Program-made: the position numbers and the translations under genes
Part shown: positions 1 through 12,229 of the stretch, in pieces
Numbering within the stretch: position 1 is the stretch's first letter
Layout: the number at the start of each line of letters is the position of its first letter
Notes under the pieces: model-generated
What the model was told of the DNA's origin: nothing
What the model saw: only the letters and a program-made list of their open reading frames with translations
Database searches by the model: none
Assembly: GCA_976226885.1 (NCBI GenBank)
Contig: OZ320317.1
Span: 93,496,001-93,560,000 of the forward strand
Length of the DNA stretch: 64,000 nt
From: Iphione sp. A-MEVVRFRX5
Taxonomy: Eukaryota
Reading direction: 5' to 3'

Positions 1-500
1 CACCACAGCTTGTACCCAAACCTTACTGGTTTCATGGGCATATACTGCCAGATTCCTGAGCTGGCTTTGCTCTTTACCATCCTCTCATTGTGGCAATGTT
101 GAGGCCTGGTTGGTAGGCATCAGAACTTACTTTCTTGATGTGGTTGAGCAGTGGCTGTAATTTCGACACTTTGTTCATTGGGTCATCTTTTCCTGGATTC
201 ATTATATGAACAAAGGTGAGTAGAGCCTTGAACTGATTTTGAGAGACAAACTGTCATGCCCACCCTCCATCATATCATGTTGTTGCGCCCAGTATCAGGG
301 GATGTTTGGTAGCATCTTGAATCCCATCATGATGAGCAATGCAACTACATTCTTCATCTGAATGGTGATGTTTTCCCATGCTTTATCAGATGTGTGTTCG
401 AATGTGGGTTTGTTGAGGATGTGCATCCACGCATAGGTATTACTGTTGTCACACAGGATCTGTAAAGATGAATAATGAGCAATGTTACATTGGATCATAG
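1..500 (-). pseudogene. piggyBac (PGBD4-like) transposase fragment, runs off the window edge
   Basis: Reverse strand reads DDPMNKVSKLQPLLNHIK...ERMVKSKASSGIWQYMPMKPVRFGYKLW (DE(R)MV..K...QY...KP..FG.K motif) with frameshifts; ORF 295..498 gives the upstream ...ALLIMMG segment. Confidence 0.85.
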
Positions 501-522
501 AACAGATTCAAATGCAGTACTA

Positions 523-564
523 AATTATTGGTACTGAATTATTGGTTCTGAATTATTGGTTCCA
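523..564. repeat. 14-bp tandem repeat x3 (AATTATTGGT(A/T)C(T/C)(G/A))
   Basis: aattattggtactg / aattattggttctg / aattattggttcca read directly. Confidence 0.6.
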
Positions 565-1464
565 CTGAACAGTTGTTTAGTGCAATAACTTTTGGGTTTT
601 TTCTAACAATCGGCCATGTATGTATTGCTTCTAAGGTAACGTCCTGATACTAGCCATGAAACCCAAAGGGGCACACATAGAAAATCTGGTACATATGCAC
701 AATCACACAGACTGCAGAATTACTGATGGACAATGTATCACCGACTACCAACTGCTTTGATCCTGCAGGTAGGAAAATGCTGGTATTTTACATTTTTCTC
801 CCTAGAAATATTGATGGATTATCACTTTGTAAACGATCATAGTTACACACCACTTCATATTTGTGAAAGGGTGACTGTGAGGGGAATGATCATGTGTCAA
901 AAGGGTGGATTTTCATTAAATTTTGAACTTGTTTTATTTAGTGCCAAAGTGATTAGCAATGGGAACCTATTATGAGTATCAGGGACTCAGCACGAAGTCC
1001 GACAGGCTTGGTCAAGTCTGCCGTAGGCATACATGAAAGAGTGAGTCACCTTGACATCATCTGCTATTTTGGATGTGGCCTTGACCGTTATGGAAGATGT
1101 ATTTCTATTGGCCACTTGTTTTTTCAGCACTATTTTCAAGTTCTTAATTTGCTAAATTACATGTAATATTTTTAAAGGAGGAAGCAAAATAAATTCATAT
1201 TCAACATTTAAAACAGCTTTAAAACACCATCTGTAATAAATTCACATTTTTCCATAAAAGAAAGCTGACCTCTCTCGTGAGACTGAGATGAAAACAATTT
1301 GCTGCCAATGCCCATATTCGGAAATACACTATGCAGTATATCTGTATTACTTTACTGCAGTCTTGTTCAATGTATCAACATGTCACTGGAAGTTAAAAGT
1401 ACAATTAATGAATGTATGTGAAAAGTGCTTGTATTGCTGTCAGACTGGCATTTTGATTTTTCCT

Positions 1465-2700
1465 CTATGTTGACTGCATCATTGCCAGCGTACCATCATC
1501 ATGCGTTGTGGCCTTGCTGGTGGTAGCTGCCTGGGTGGAGACCTCAAAGCTGGATTCTGTTGTTTTCATAATTGCGACCTGAGTTGATGAACCACTGTAT
1601 GTCACCAGGGTCTTCGACATTTCACACCTCACAGCACTGGTAACACCTCCAAGATATGCATCAAGGGAAGAAGCACTTTTGTGGCCGGTTATTGCCTGTA
1701 TTTTTTCTGGGGAAAAGCCGGCAACATCTAATGCAGTGACACTCATTCTGTGGATGCAACTTCGACAGGTACTTTTGGAAGTGAAGAACTGGGCATCTTG
1801 CTGGATTACCGGGTGTTGCATACATCCATCGTTCATTGTCGGCTTCATCATCGTTGAGACCTGACTTTGTCTTCTCCACTTCCCAGTGTGTCATGGTAAC
1901 ATATTGGGCACCAGAACCATCTTCCTTCACCTCGAACAATTCCTTCCTCAACTGATGAAGTTCCTCATGACCCCTTCTTCCATATTGCAACATCAGTTAG
2001 AAAAATACACACCTGTGGAGGCCATGGGGAGTATCTGTGAAGACATGAGTATATAACTTCTCTATATCCTCAGGATTGATGAGTTCCTTCTGGGAAGTCT
2101 TGTCTAGGCCCTCATCGCGGAACTTAGCGATGTACCCAGCATACGTTGTAATACTTTGTCTGAATGGGGTATCCGATAAGATGTTAATGTTGCGATGATA
2201 AGGCAGCCCAGCCAGAGGATGTTGTAGTCCAGCATGAATATTTTTCATAGCTGATTTGCTATACAATTCCCCACTCTTTGTACATACTACAGTGTAAAAT
2301 TGTTCGAGCTTTACAGCAAGGGTATCTTCAGGGAGTTGCTTGAAACTAATGCTGTTGCCCACCTCAGGAAGCCAGTCTGAAATAACATGATATGCGGGTA
2401 CATTACTTTTACTCATTTATTTAATTTTTTTGTACATTTTTATTATGAATGCCATGCAATTTGAGTTACTGTCAATTTGCTATGGTTGAAGTAAGTACAC
2501 TTACTCTGGAAGATGTGGACTGCCCATTTGGTTTGCAGTTCTGTTGTATGATGTATCTTGTTTCTTTAGCTGATCGATTTCTGTGTCCGAGGACATGTAA
2601 AAGCTTTTCTTTGGGGGCTCTTCGTAGTTAGCTTCTTCTGGTTCGGCCTGCTCAATTGGTTCATTCATTCCGCCAACATCCATTTTCTCCAGCTCTTTTG
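1465..2700 (-). mobile_element. Crypton tyrosine-recombinase (DUF3504-type) pseudogene, copy 1
   Basis: Frameshifted ORFs 1997..2416 (LEQFYTVVCTKSGELYSKSAMKNIHAGL), 1661..1993 (LQYGRRGHEELHQL...CPVLHFQKYLSKLHP) and 1465..1851 (ITGHKSASSLDAY); acidic N-terminus 2501..2683. Confidence 0.85.
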
Positions 2701-3584
2701 TCTGTTTGCAACACTCGTTTGTTGAGTCTCAGCATCTTCCACAATAAAACAATGGAAAGGGAACACTGTTTGCCTATACTTGTGCCTCACATAGCATAAT
2801 CGTTCTTTGTAAAGCACAATATCCCCTACTTGTATGTGTTGTGACTCCTCCGTGTTGACGGAGAAAAATCATCTGCTGCTGACCTAGTGCCGCTCTGAGC
2901 CAATAAGATTAGTTTTTCGATTTCCGCTAACGGTGTAAGCAAAATGAATTTTTCTGGTTCCTATATTAATATCAATTATTTCTGGCCATATACACTTTGA
3001 ACAGTATACTTAAATGCTTACAGAAATTTAACATCTCACGTACTATTTGGAACATTTGCATACTTTATTTCATTAGAGAAAAATTGATGCGGTAAAAAAA
3101 TCTCAGATTTTTGATTCATTCAGCTGCACATCACCTGATAAGTAATAACCAATCATACCAGTATCAATGCCAACGATATTAGAATACATATCAAAGCTGT
3201 AGATGGACGGGATGTGAACCAGCATTTACTTAGAGGATTTGGGAGTATCTCTAAGTTCCATCAGTAAGAGCCCCAAGTTGATCAGGCCAGTTCATTGGCG
3301 AGTGGAGAAGGTTAATGGATGACCAAGGGGCAGCCCAAATGTTCTAGTATGGATTTGTAGAGGCCCAAGTGAGGATTTTATTCCAGTTTGTTGAAGATAA
3401 AGGCAGGCAAGCTCGTGGGAATTTAACCTGTGCAGCAGCGGTTGGAGGAGAATCTTCCTTGCGTGTTTGGCAGCATGGTGCTTGTTATTAAGCTGATGCC
3501 ACAGCTGGAATAGTTGACGATGGTTTTCCGCACATCTAGCACGGTCTTGGATCAAGTAGCATTTCAGCTAAAAGGTGTAACAGA

Positions 3585-3998
3585 TCATGAAACACTCCAG
3601 AACTGATTTATAGTTGGAGTCCTCATCCCAGTTGATACCTGCTGCTCCTTCCTGTGCCAATACAAGAAATCAAGTGCATTGTTTACGACACACTTGCCCT
3701 GCCTGACTGCAAGATCAGCCTGCATCTTGATGATCCCTCTGATACCGTCACATGGACCCTTTCCATGCCCCACCTCCATATAGGTCCATGATGCTGTACG
3801 ATTGAAGAGTGTAGTATAGTTGCCAATGACATGCATCATATACTTGTTCTTATATTGTGAAGTTGGTCCATCACTGATGTAGTGGATCTTTTCCTTAGGC
3901 ACAAACATCTTGTTAACCAGGTAGTTGATTTCATTCAATGAAGCCAGCACTGTTGTTGCATTGTGCCCCAGGATATCACTGACAAAGACCTGACTCAC
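3585..3998 (-). pseudogene. DDE transposase fragment, probably Sola (Sola2-like)
   Basis: Motifs SDxxxH(N)xxxV, ISDGPTSQYKN and GHGKGPCDGIRG; superfamily assignment from remembered motifs only. Confidence 0.55.
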
Positions 3999-4002
3999 GT
4001 GA

Positions 4003-4400
4003 TGTAGTGGGCTCCATCTTCTTCTGTCTTTAATGTGTTAACTGTGGTTAACAGTCTTTTGCACATAGCCTAGACCAGGGAGAGAGCTGTACGCTCACCA
4101 ACAATCAGAATACATAGTAGTCCCTGGTTTAGTGTACTCTTGAATAAGAGGGTTTAATGTCTGCTCTCCTATCTTCAACCACTGAAAAAGAAACATTGAC
4201 CAAATACCCACTGACTATCCACAGCCTTTGCCTGTGGTATTTTCTTTTACCATATTTTGATTCGTCAATTTTAACAAACTCCCCTTAACCACCAATCTTC
4301 ACACAGATTTGTATTAACACTGTTAGACACACCTCGCTACAGAAATTGAACTAGTCTACATGGTATGTGTGAAGCCTACTTCTAATTCAAATTGTGTCTG
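4003..4400 (-). pseudogene. Merlin/ISXO2 (IS1016-like) transposase fragment
   Basis: Not in the ORF track; reverse strand reads VD*FNFCSEVC...IGG*GEFVKIDESKYGKRKYHR...PLIQEYTKPGTTMYSDCW*AYSSL...TVNHS...GAH, the classic Merlin motifs. Confidence 0.85.
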
Positions 4401-5426
4401 GCCTAACTACATTTTGATAGAATACATTGTGAATGATTTCTTCATGGGAGGCCATCAATTATCAAGTATACACTTAATACAAGAGAAACAAATAGAAACA
4501 TTTACAAAAACGCAGGTGTTGGACAGCCGTTAAAGACTGTGACATCAAATGACAAACTGTTAAATAATTCATGTTGACATGGGTAGTCACAATGCAAAAG
4601 TTGCACGCAACTACAAAAATATCACATTGTAGCTTGTAGTAGAGATCGGTCAGTTGCATAAATTCCACAAGCCATGAGAGAAATCAAAATCTTTTGCTAA
4701 AGTGTTCATAATCTTATTGTATGACAAACAAAACCAGGTGATCCCCAGTTTGCTGAATTGTTTTATTACTGGTATCACGGCATATATTTCTTAATGTGTC
4801 AGACCCAGTGTGGGCTTTCTTAAGGAGATAGTGTAAGACCAATTTGGTGCTATTAAGTTGATAAAAATGTCAAAATTAATTATATTAAAATTATTCAAGG
4901 TGCCAAATTATGCAAATTCAGTATTGTCTGTATATAGTGGCTGATGGTATTTTCCATATATAGTGGCTAATGAATAGAGAAAATGGTAAGTTAAAAATGT
5001 TTCTGAGCATATTTAATATAATACTAATTCTTCCAAGGAGATACTATCATTTTTTTAGTGTTTATGCTGATATATCAGTAATATATACACATATGTACAT
5101 GTTCAACAAATGCACAATCAAAGGAATAGGGAAAATTGACACCTCTATTCCTCAAAACTAATATTTTCAGAGTAAAGTGTTGTTAACCCAATGGACCTTT
5201 TGCCGAGGGAAACAGCATGTAAACAAACCTCTGACCAATGGGCTGAGTAGGCACGGTCACGTGGTTCTATCCTATCAGATATGTTCTTCATATGACAATG
5301 TCATACTTTACATTGTAGTGTTATGGAAGGCTAGTTGTTGATTCAGATTTATAGTCCTTTTACATATATTTGCTACATTATTGTAATACTGAAATGAAAC
5401 ACTAGGGATGAGAATTTTCATTTAAA

Positions 5427-6184
5427 ATGGTGAAACGTTGCGAATGGCTGGGATGTAACACTGACAGCCAGTATCCTGAGCATTTATGTAATGGTACAAT
5501 GAAATTCATACGTTTCTGAAAGCCGGCAAATGAACCTGAGAGATGTCTTCAATGGGTAAAAGCATGCATGCCAACGCCCTGGTGATCTAACAATTGACAT
5601 GATCGATGGTAACCGATATATCTGCTCAAAGGTATGTAATGACCCTAATTTTATATTGTATCTTAGACTGCATAGTGATGTGCAAATGTAACGCTGTTTT
5701 CACGTTCTTCACATATGCATTTGCTTAACCTAAAATGAAATATGACATTCATTTTAGAAAAGGATTGGAAACAGTAACACAGTAACAGTAAACAGTACCA
5801 GTCATACTAACTTATATTTACAGACAAGGTATTGCAGTCTATATGAAATATAAGTAGGTCATTTTATTTTATCTGTGACAAACTCTTCACTGCAGTGCAT
5901 CATACATGTTGTTCATTCAACATTTAGCATTGAGTTTCATTATGGGATTTTCTTGTCATGAAAGGAAATGTAATACTATTTCAAGTTCCACATCCTTTCA
6001 CTATTAGTAATTAATGATTTTTTTTGTATATAATGTAACTTCCAAGCATTTTCCTAAAAATTTTGGATCCACAAAAGACAATCCAGATCCCATTATAATG
6101 ATAGATGCTCCAACCGCTGGTGATTGGAAAAATGAGAAGACTTCGCTTAAACGCAGATTCTACACAAAGCCTAATAGAGAGTGA
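5427..6184 (+). pseudogene. Spliced THAP domain, likely N-terminus of an ISL2EU-type transposase
   Basis: Exon 5427-5631 MVKRCEWLGCNTDSQYPE...F*KP..EPERCLQWVKAC...YICSK|gt; exon from 6047 (ag|HFPKNFGSTKDNPDP) completes the CSKHF motif; one stop and one frameshift. Confidence 0.75.
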
Positions 6185-7029
6185 TTATAACTTTATGGCA
6201 TTGTGTTTCCATTGTTTGGTGCACAAAGAGCAGTTTCCTGTTCTGATTGATATTTTTCACTGTTTACCGTATTTGTTGTACTTTTTTATTTTGCTTAATT
6301 TTTAAGGAGACATAGTATTCCTTTCTTAGTGAATCAGTCAAAATCAAGTTATAGGTAATAAGTAATCTGTATTCATAACATGATCACATTGAATACTGAT
6401 TTTATTCAATACTCCTCCGTTAAATGCAACATAAAACGTCATTGTGAAGGGAAGGAAATCATAGTTGGATGAAATGTATAAACAGAATCATTAAATTTTT
6501 GGGGGGTTATGTGTCTCTATCTTTTTATTTTAAATAAATTAAATGTAATTTTATTCAGATCCATGTCCACTTTTCTCCCAACAACTCACCATGTCCAATC
6601 TCACATCCAATTGCACATCGCCTTAACCACCCCCCTACCCAATTACTCAGTAACCTTACCTTGGGTATCACGTCTAAACACTACCACTTGGTAATCTTCT
6701 CGATAACCATATCGGGTGGGTTGTGTTCCTACTCATCCGAATATAAATCTAGCTGCTGCTGCTGTGGGGACTTAGTGAGCAGGTCTACATGCGACAATAT
6801 GTAAGACTGTGTATGTATGTATGCTGGGCAGTTACTACTCTTACATTTGCTCACAAAAAATGATGAGTAACAGAGTGGAATCAAACTCAGTAGGGCCTTT
6901 AATAACGTTTCTTTAACGTTTCTTACTGTTCTTTAACATCATCATTCAGTACATACATTTACTTCAAACAAGTCACAACTTTCTTTGAAAATATATCGGT
7001 ACATCTCATTGTTACTTTCACATTCAACT

Positions 7030-8800
7030 TCTTTGTAGTTATCAACATAGAAACTGTGCAGTTTCGCAAACATGCCTGCTTGTACTCCCCTGTGTTGTTT
7101 GATGATTTCGTGATGTAAGCCCCGTTGTGTATATACAATGAAAAGGCATTTCTTGCCCCTAACACTAACAAGTGCAGGTGGTTTCTACCGGTGTACCACA
7201 GGGCTCGATACTCGGGCCCTGGCTGTTCCTAATGGCAGTAAATGACGTGAACTGCTTATTTCCTAGTAAACTCACCATGTATGCGGACGACCTTACAGTG
7301 TACACATGGGGGTCGAACGCCCTTGCCCTAGCAAGGAAAGCACAGCACACCCTAAATAAGGTATCGGAGTGGTGTATGCAGAATGGGTTCCTCCTAAATG
7401 AGGGGAAAACAAAATATATGACTTTTGGACATGCTATAGGAATGAGCTTAGATCTGTCCTTAAATTGTTGGGTGTTAACCAAAGTTTCCACCTTTAATTT
7501 CTTGGGATTTGTCATTGATGACACATTATCTTATAAACAATCCATTGCTAATAAGATCCGAAGGTTGAATAGTGCAGTCCATCTACTGCGTAGGGCTAGA
7601 CCATATTTGGATGATGAAACAAGGATCTTAGCATTTAATGCGTATTACATTTCCCACCTAGATGCAGGGCTGGTGTTTGAGCTTGGTGCATTGAAAACAC
7701 AGAAGGAGTTGGTACAAAGGCACTTCATTAGAGCTGTAAAGATCTGTATTCTGGGGATATGGGCCACTACGGGTGATGTGAGAGCTTGGTTAATGAATAA
7801 TGGGATGATGGACTATTATCAACGAGGTTCATATTTCACATTCCTCTGCCTAAAAAGAATGGTCTCTTTGCAGCTAATCCAGACAGAGGACACAAATTGT
7901 ACAAGGATGGGCTCAAGGGTACTGCTTCCTAAGCCAAACTCTGAATTGTATAGACGGAGCTTCAGATATGAAGGGGGCCGGTTGTGGAACGGTCTCACCA
8001 GAACACTCAAGGAAATGGACACATCTTCCTTTAAACATGCTATCAAACGCATAACTCTATCTAAAGAATTGTGAATAAATCGTCAAGGATTGTGGTTAAG
8101 CATTTTGAGCTCTGTATGAAAAAACACCCTGAGGGTGACGACTATTTGCTCAATAAAAACTCAAAAACTCAAAACTCAAGTGCCCCTGAATCTGTTAATA
8201 GTACTGGTGTGATTTCTTCAGGCATATTTTCTCGTTCTGGACCCAGAGACAGAAGTTTTTTTTATAGAGTTGAGGGCCTCATTGATGGTCATGTCCCTTG
8301 CTTTATAGGGGCACTTTATCTCCACCAGGATGCAATCATCCCCGTGACACATTTTCCCTTCTGGTGAACATGCAAGAAAGGGATAATTCGGGTTAACAAT
8401 CAAACCGGCTTTGTGGAAATGATTCCTTCCCATGTGTTTCTGAAGATTTCCCATAGGACGTTGCACATGTTTTAATTTCTCTCTTCTCTGACAATGACCT
8501 CAAGAATGCTTCTGTAACCTCTTTCTTGTGTGAATTGATCCATGCAAACGTGGATGTGGTCAGGTGCTTATTGTGTTCATCCCACCACCAAATGGAACTT
8601 GTTTGATCACAAGTGCTTTCTTCTAGATCGTAGGTTTCTTGTGTTGAGATTGCAAGATGTTTGTATGGCGCTGTCGAAACTGGAAATATCTATAGGACAC
8701 TGGCATGGGAAGTTTAGGTTGTCACATTCATGATTTCCAGGGGTGTGGCATTCTGTGTCCGCTATGAATTCAGCCTGTAAATAAAATATTTTATTAATGC
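7030..8800 (-). pseudogene. YqaJ-like (lambda-exonuclease family) nuclease, split by a LINE insertion
   Basis: GLIVNPNYPFLACSPEG...VEIKCPY (8218..8466), then LKKSHQYY*QIQGHL at ~8180, resuming left of the LINE at 7170 as LLVLGAR/KCLFIVYT...KLHSFYVDN. Confidence 0.8.
7175..8176 (+). mobile_element. 5'-truncated LINE (L2/CR1/Crack-type), RT C-terminal half
   Basis: ORF 7172..8074 with GVPQGSILGPWLF and YADD; 3' end AATAAA plus (AAAACTC)n tail; 7-bp TSD CAAGTGC at 7168-7174 and 8177-8183. Confidence 0.9.
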
Positions 8801-9546
8801 TATCAATATAATACACATCAGGTTGCTCATGTGACAGAAATCTCTTGAACGAGATCTAAATTTCCTGCATATATGTATTTCACTAATGTTTTCTGTGGTT
8901 GGCCCTTACTAGCATTTTTTATGGTGTTGAGGGCCTCATTGATGGTCATGTCCCTTGCTTTATAGGGGCATTTTATCTCTACCAGGATGCAATCACCCCT
9001 GTGACACACTTTCCCATCTGGTGATCATGAAAGAAAGGGATAATTTGGGTTAACAATCAAACCGCCTTTGTGGAAGTAATACTCCACATTCATTTCCATG
9101 AATGCATCCTTCGCATGTGTTTCTGAAGATTTCCTATAGGATGTGCACATGTTTTAATTTCTCTCTTCTCTGACAATGACCTCAAGAATGCTTCTGTGAC
9201 CTCTTTCTTGTGTGAAATGATCCATGTAAATGTGAATGTGGTCAGGCACTTATTGTGTTCATCCCACCACCAAATGAAACTTGTTTGATCACAAGTGCTT
9301 TCCTCTAGATTTTAGGCTTCTTGTGTTGAGATTGCAAGATGTTTGTATGACGCTGTCGAAACTGGAAATATCTATAGGACACCCGCGTGGGAAGTTTAGG
9401 TTGCCACATTCATGACTTCCAGGGGTGTGGCATTCTGTGTCTGCTATGAATTCCGCCTGCAAATAAAATGTATTATTATAAAGGTAAGAGACACCAAAAC
9501 TCTGGAAGGCCAGTGTTGAATTAGGTGGTTTTATTTTGGCAGTAGT

Positions 9547-9586
9547 TTCCCAACGTTTCGTCAGTGTGTGTGACTTCTTCAGGGGA
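9547..9586 (-). ncRNA. Minimal type I hammerhead ribozyme (HHR1)
   Basis: Reverse strand TCCC-CTGAAGA-A-GTCA cacacac TGAC-GAAA-CG-TT-GGGA: core CUGANGA/GAAA, 4-bp stem II, palindromic ACGT helix III, stem I TCCC/GGGA. Confidence 0.85.
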
Positions 9587-9842
9587 TGTGGTTTGATTGT
9601 AAATGCTGTATAAGGTACCTTTGAGTGCAGTTTTTGATTTTCTGTGTTTATAAGGTACCCTCGAGTGCAGTGTTTGCCAATGTGTGTTAGTGGGTGTACT
9701 GATTTGTGTACCTGTACTGAAGTGCATGATTATATGCATATGTTACATCCGATGATTGATATTGTTTAACTATGTAACTTTATAAGGCAATAACAGAGAA
9801 AAAACTGTAATACGATTGTAAACAGTTCAATATTTGTGGGGA

Positions 9843-10442
9843 TTACATTCTTCTATTCGGCTTGATTAGTCCATAGCCTACCAAGGATCTTTTTAAGTCT
9901 TCACCTACATCTTGGTTTACCTTATCTATTATTGTCCACAAATCGAACAGTATTTCATTAGAAGGCACAAGGTTGTTACGAATATGATATCTGCCTCTGG
10001 GGCTTGGCCTATAAATTTCACTACTGATTGTCATGGGCTCAGGTACATATTCCTCATGAGAATTATGTGTAGTGGTTAGTAAGACCTCGCTGTCTCGTTT
10101 GGAGGTCTCTACGCTATCGATGTTGCTGCTGTTGTCTTCTGCAGGCCTCTCGGTGTTGGGTGCTGGTGTTGATGGTGGGGTTCGTTCAGAGTCCTCTTCC
10201 TCTTCTGTGCTGCTTGAGTCATCATCACTCTTGCTATCAGAATCCGACATCATCAAGTCTTCTTCCAAGTTGATGTACAGGCCATCATCGTCACTTGATT
10301 CAGGTAGCTGCACTATTCGTCGGGGGTGTTCTACTGTCGTCTTTCGATCTGGAACCACCAGCTTGGGGGATGATTTAGGGGACTTGCGCTTGACACCCAG
10401 TAATGGGTGTTGATGTCTGCCGGATTTGCGGACCGTCGGATC
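9843..10442 (-). CDS. PLE accessory ORF3 (acidic/disordered, conserved C-terminal helix), 5'-truncated
   Basis: Frame is open from the insertion junction (DPTVRKSGRH...GVKRKSPK) through ORF 9843..10358; ends NNLVPSNEILFDLWTIIDKVNQDVGEDLKRSLVGYGLIKPNRRM. Confidence 0.7.
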   Translation of the reverse strand, partial: DPTVRKSGRHQHPLLGVKRKSPKSSPKLVVPDRKTTVEHPRRIVQLPESSDDDGLYINLEEDLMMSDSDSKSDDDSSSTEEEEDSERTPPSTPAPNTERPAEDNSSNIDSVETSKRDSEVLLTTTHNSHEEYVPEPMTISSEIYRPSPRGRYHIRNNLVPSNEILFDLWTIIDKVNQDVGEDLKRSLVGYGLIKPNRRM

Positions 10443-10982
10443 AATGTATTATTAATGCTATCAATATAATACACAGGTTGCTCATGCGACGGAAATCTCA
10501 TGAATGAGATCTAAATTCCCTGCATATATGTATTTCACTGTTTTCTGCGGTTGGCCCTTACTAGCGTTTTTTTTTTATAGTGTTGAGGGCCTCATTGATG
10601 GTCATGTCCCTTGCTTTATAGGGGCATTTTATCTCCACCAGCATGCAATCAGGATGCAAAACATGTCTCTATGAGGAAAATGTATAGAGATATTAAAGGT
10701 TGAAGTGGGAGAGGTAATTCTTCTGATCTCAAACACCAGATGGCTACAAGCGCCATTGTTGAAATCAATTGTTTGGGGTGCACATGTCATATTTTCTTTT
10801 GTTGAATCATTGTTAATGAGTCAACCAAAAGGGATTTATGCATGTTTTTTGAAATTTTCATACAGAATATGTATATGTGCTGGAAATTGGGTTCTTGATT
10901 TGTACTATTTAAATAAATCTTAGAGTAGGAGGAACACACCAACACAAACACCAGAGATTCAATTTCAGTTGGCTTTTATAAA

Positions 10983-11020
10983 TTCCCAACGTTTCGGCAA
11001 TCTTAGCCTTCTTCAGGGGT
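10983..11020 (-). ncRNA. Minimal type I hammerhead ribozyme (HHR2)
   Basis: Reverse strand ACCC-CTGAAGA-A-GGC taagatt GCC-GAAA-CG-TT-GGGA. Confidence 0.85.
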
Positions 11021-11440
11021 AAACATACAACATTCTTGGTGAGCTTAAGTACCCATTTGGGCCGCTTTGGGGCCTCAGGTGCGGTCTATGCTAAAAATAG
11101 AACCGAGTCTCTATGTCTGAATATACTTGATTAAATCATCTGATATTACATGTAAACCTTGAGAATGTTCAATAAAATCATGTTACTTCAAAAATGCTGT
11201 CTTAATGTTGTGATTAAATATTAAAAAACTGGTCCATCTCTGGAAATAGTAAACAGTAACAAGTTCCGAAAATCGAATGTAAACAAGCTATCTATACTCC
11301 ACGGTATTGAACGCTCCTGACTTGGATAATATCACAGTCATCAAATATGGTTAATCACAGAGTATCGCATCTAAACTGAATCATAATACAGGCTGGATGA
11401 TCACAGATGGTAAGTAGTGTCAAGTTGAAAGATCAAACGG

Positions 11441-12229
11441 TTAAAAACGTTTCTGACGCATTACACCTTGTCTTAACATCTCCGCCTTCATAACTCTGCC
11501 GACTTCTTGATTTAACTTTTGAATTATTAGCCAGTGGTCATATAGTATTTCGTTACGCGGTATCAGTCCGTTATCGTAAGCTTTACTAGTACTGGCAAGA
11601 GGTTGTTTGTTATTAAGCTTATCTATCGGTGTCGGCACATATTCTGGTATGGGCTTGGGACGAGTGTACGGTCTGCTGAGCGGTACATACTCAGGGGTGC
11701 TGTCTCGGTCGTATTTGATCACACGTCGCTTGTCACCAGAAGCATCGATACGTGGGGGGGCCTGTCCTGTCGGATGGGTAGTCTTGACACGCTTGTCTTG
11801 GGTGTGTTGGTTGGGAGAGACACCGCGGTTGACCGTCCGTACTTCGGTGTGGTCGTGTAGGCGTTTGCTAATGCCCCCTTTTGAATTAAGGGCTGGTCTG
11901 GTAGGAGGAGGAATGTCACGCTTGGCAGTCAGACATATTGGGGCTGATTTAAATCGTGCATCACTTGTGCTGTTGTCATTATAAGAGTCAGTGTCGGTGC
12001 TGACGTCTAGATCTTGTTGTAGTTGGTGATCAGTGTCCGACTCGCTGTCCGAGTCGGATAGAACTCGAAGATGCTTGGTGGTCGGTACGTCCCGTTGCTT
12101 GGTGTGGGCTGCTATAGGTGCCGCTGGCTTAGGGGCGGCTGACTGCGGCGCTTGCGGTGCTTGTGAAGTCTGGTTCTGGGTGCCCGGTTGACGGCTGTTT
12201 GGCTCTGTGGACTTGCGCTTCTTTAACAT
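11441..12229 (-). CDS. PLE-A accessory ORF3, 262 aa, low complexity with KKRK motif and conserved C-terminal helical domain
   Basis: Intact ATG ORF; C-terminus DNGLIPRNEILYDHWLIIQKLNQEVGRVMKAEMLRQGVMRQKRF. Confidence 0.75.
   Translation of the reverse strand: MLKKRKSTEPNSRQPGTQNQTSQAPQAPQSAAPKPAAPIAAHTKQRDVPTTKHLRVLSDSDSESDTDHQLQQDLDVSTDTDSYNDNSTSDARFKSAPICLTAKRDIPPPTRPALNSKGGISKRLHDHTEVRTVNRGVSPNQHTQDKRVKTTHPTGQAPPRIDASGDKRRVIKYDRDSTPEYVPLSRPYTRPKPIPEYVPTPIDKLNNKQPLASTSKAYDNGLIPRNEILYDHWLIIQKLNQEVGRVMKAEMLRQGVMRQKRF

Larger units (their letters stand above)
9479..10442 (-). mobile_element. PLE-C: 5'-truncated Penelope-like element retaining only the last accessory ORF, hammerhead and 3' tail
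   Basis: 12-bp TSD AATGTATTATTA at 9467-9478 and 10443-10454; contains a hammerhead motif and an ORF whose C-terminus aligns with ORF 11441..12229 of PLE-A. Confidence 0.8.
8240..10635 (-). repeat. Tandem triplication (~657-bp unit) of the YqaJ segment; third copy partial and displaced by a PLE insertion
   Basis: ttgatggtcatgtcccttgctttatagggg recurs at 8282, 8939 and 10595 with long matching flanks. Confidence 0.85.

Noticed and set aside
523-564. Short direct repeats as a CRISPR array (also considered for 63400-63950 and 51640-53720)
   Set aside because: Tandem units with no unique spacers, no cas genes, eukaryotic intron-containing context
6590-6790. C-rich stretch with TATA-like AATATAAAT as a solo LTR
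   Set aside because: No inverted TG...CA termini or TSD could be identified
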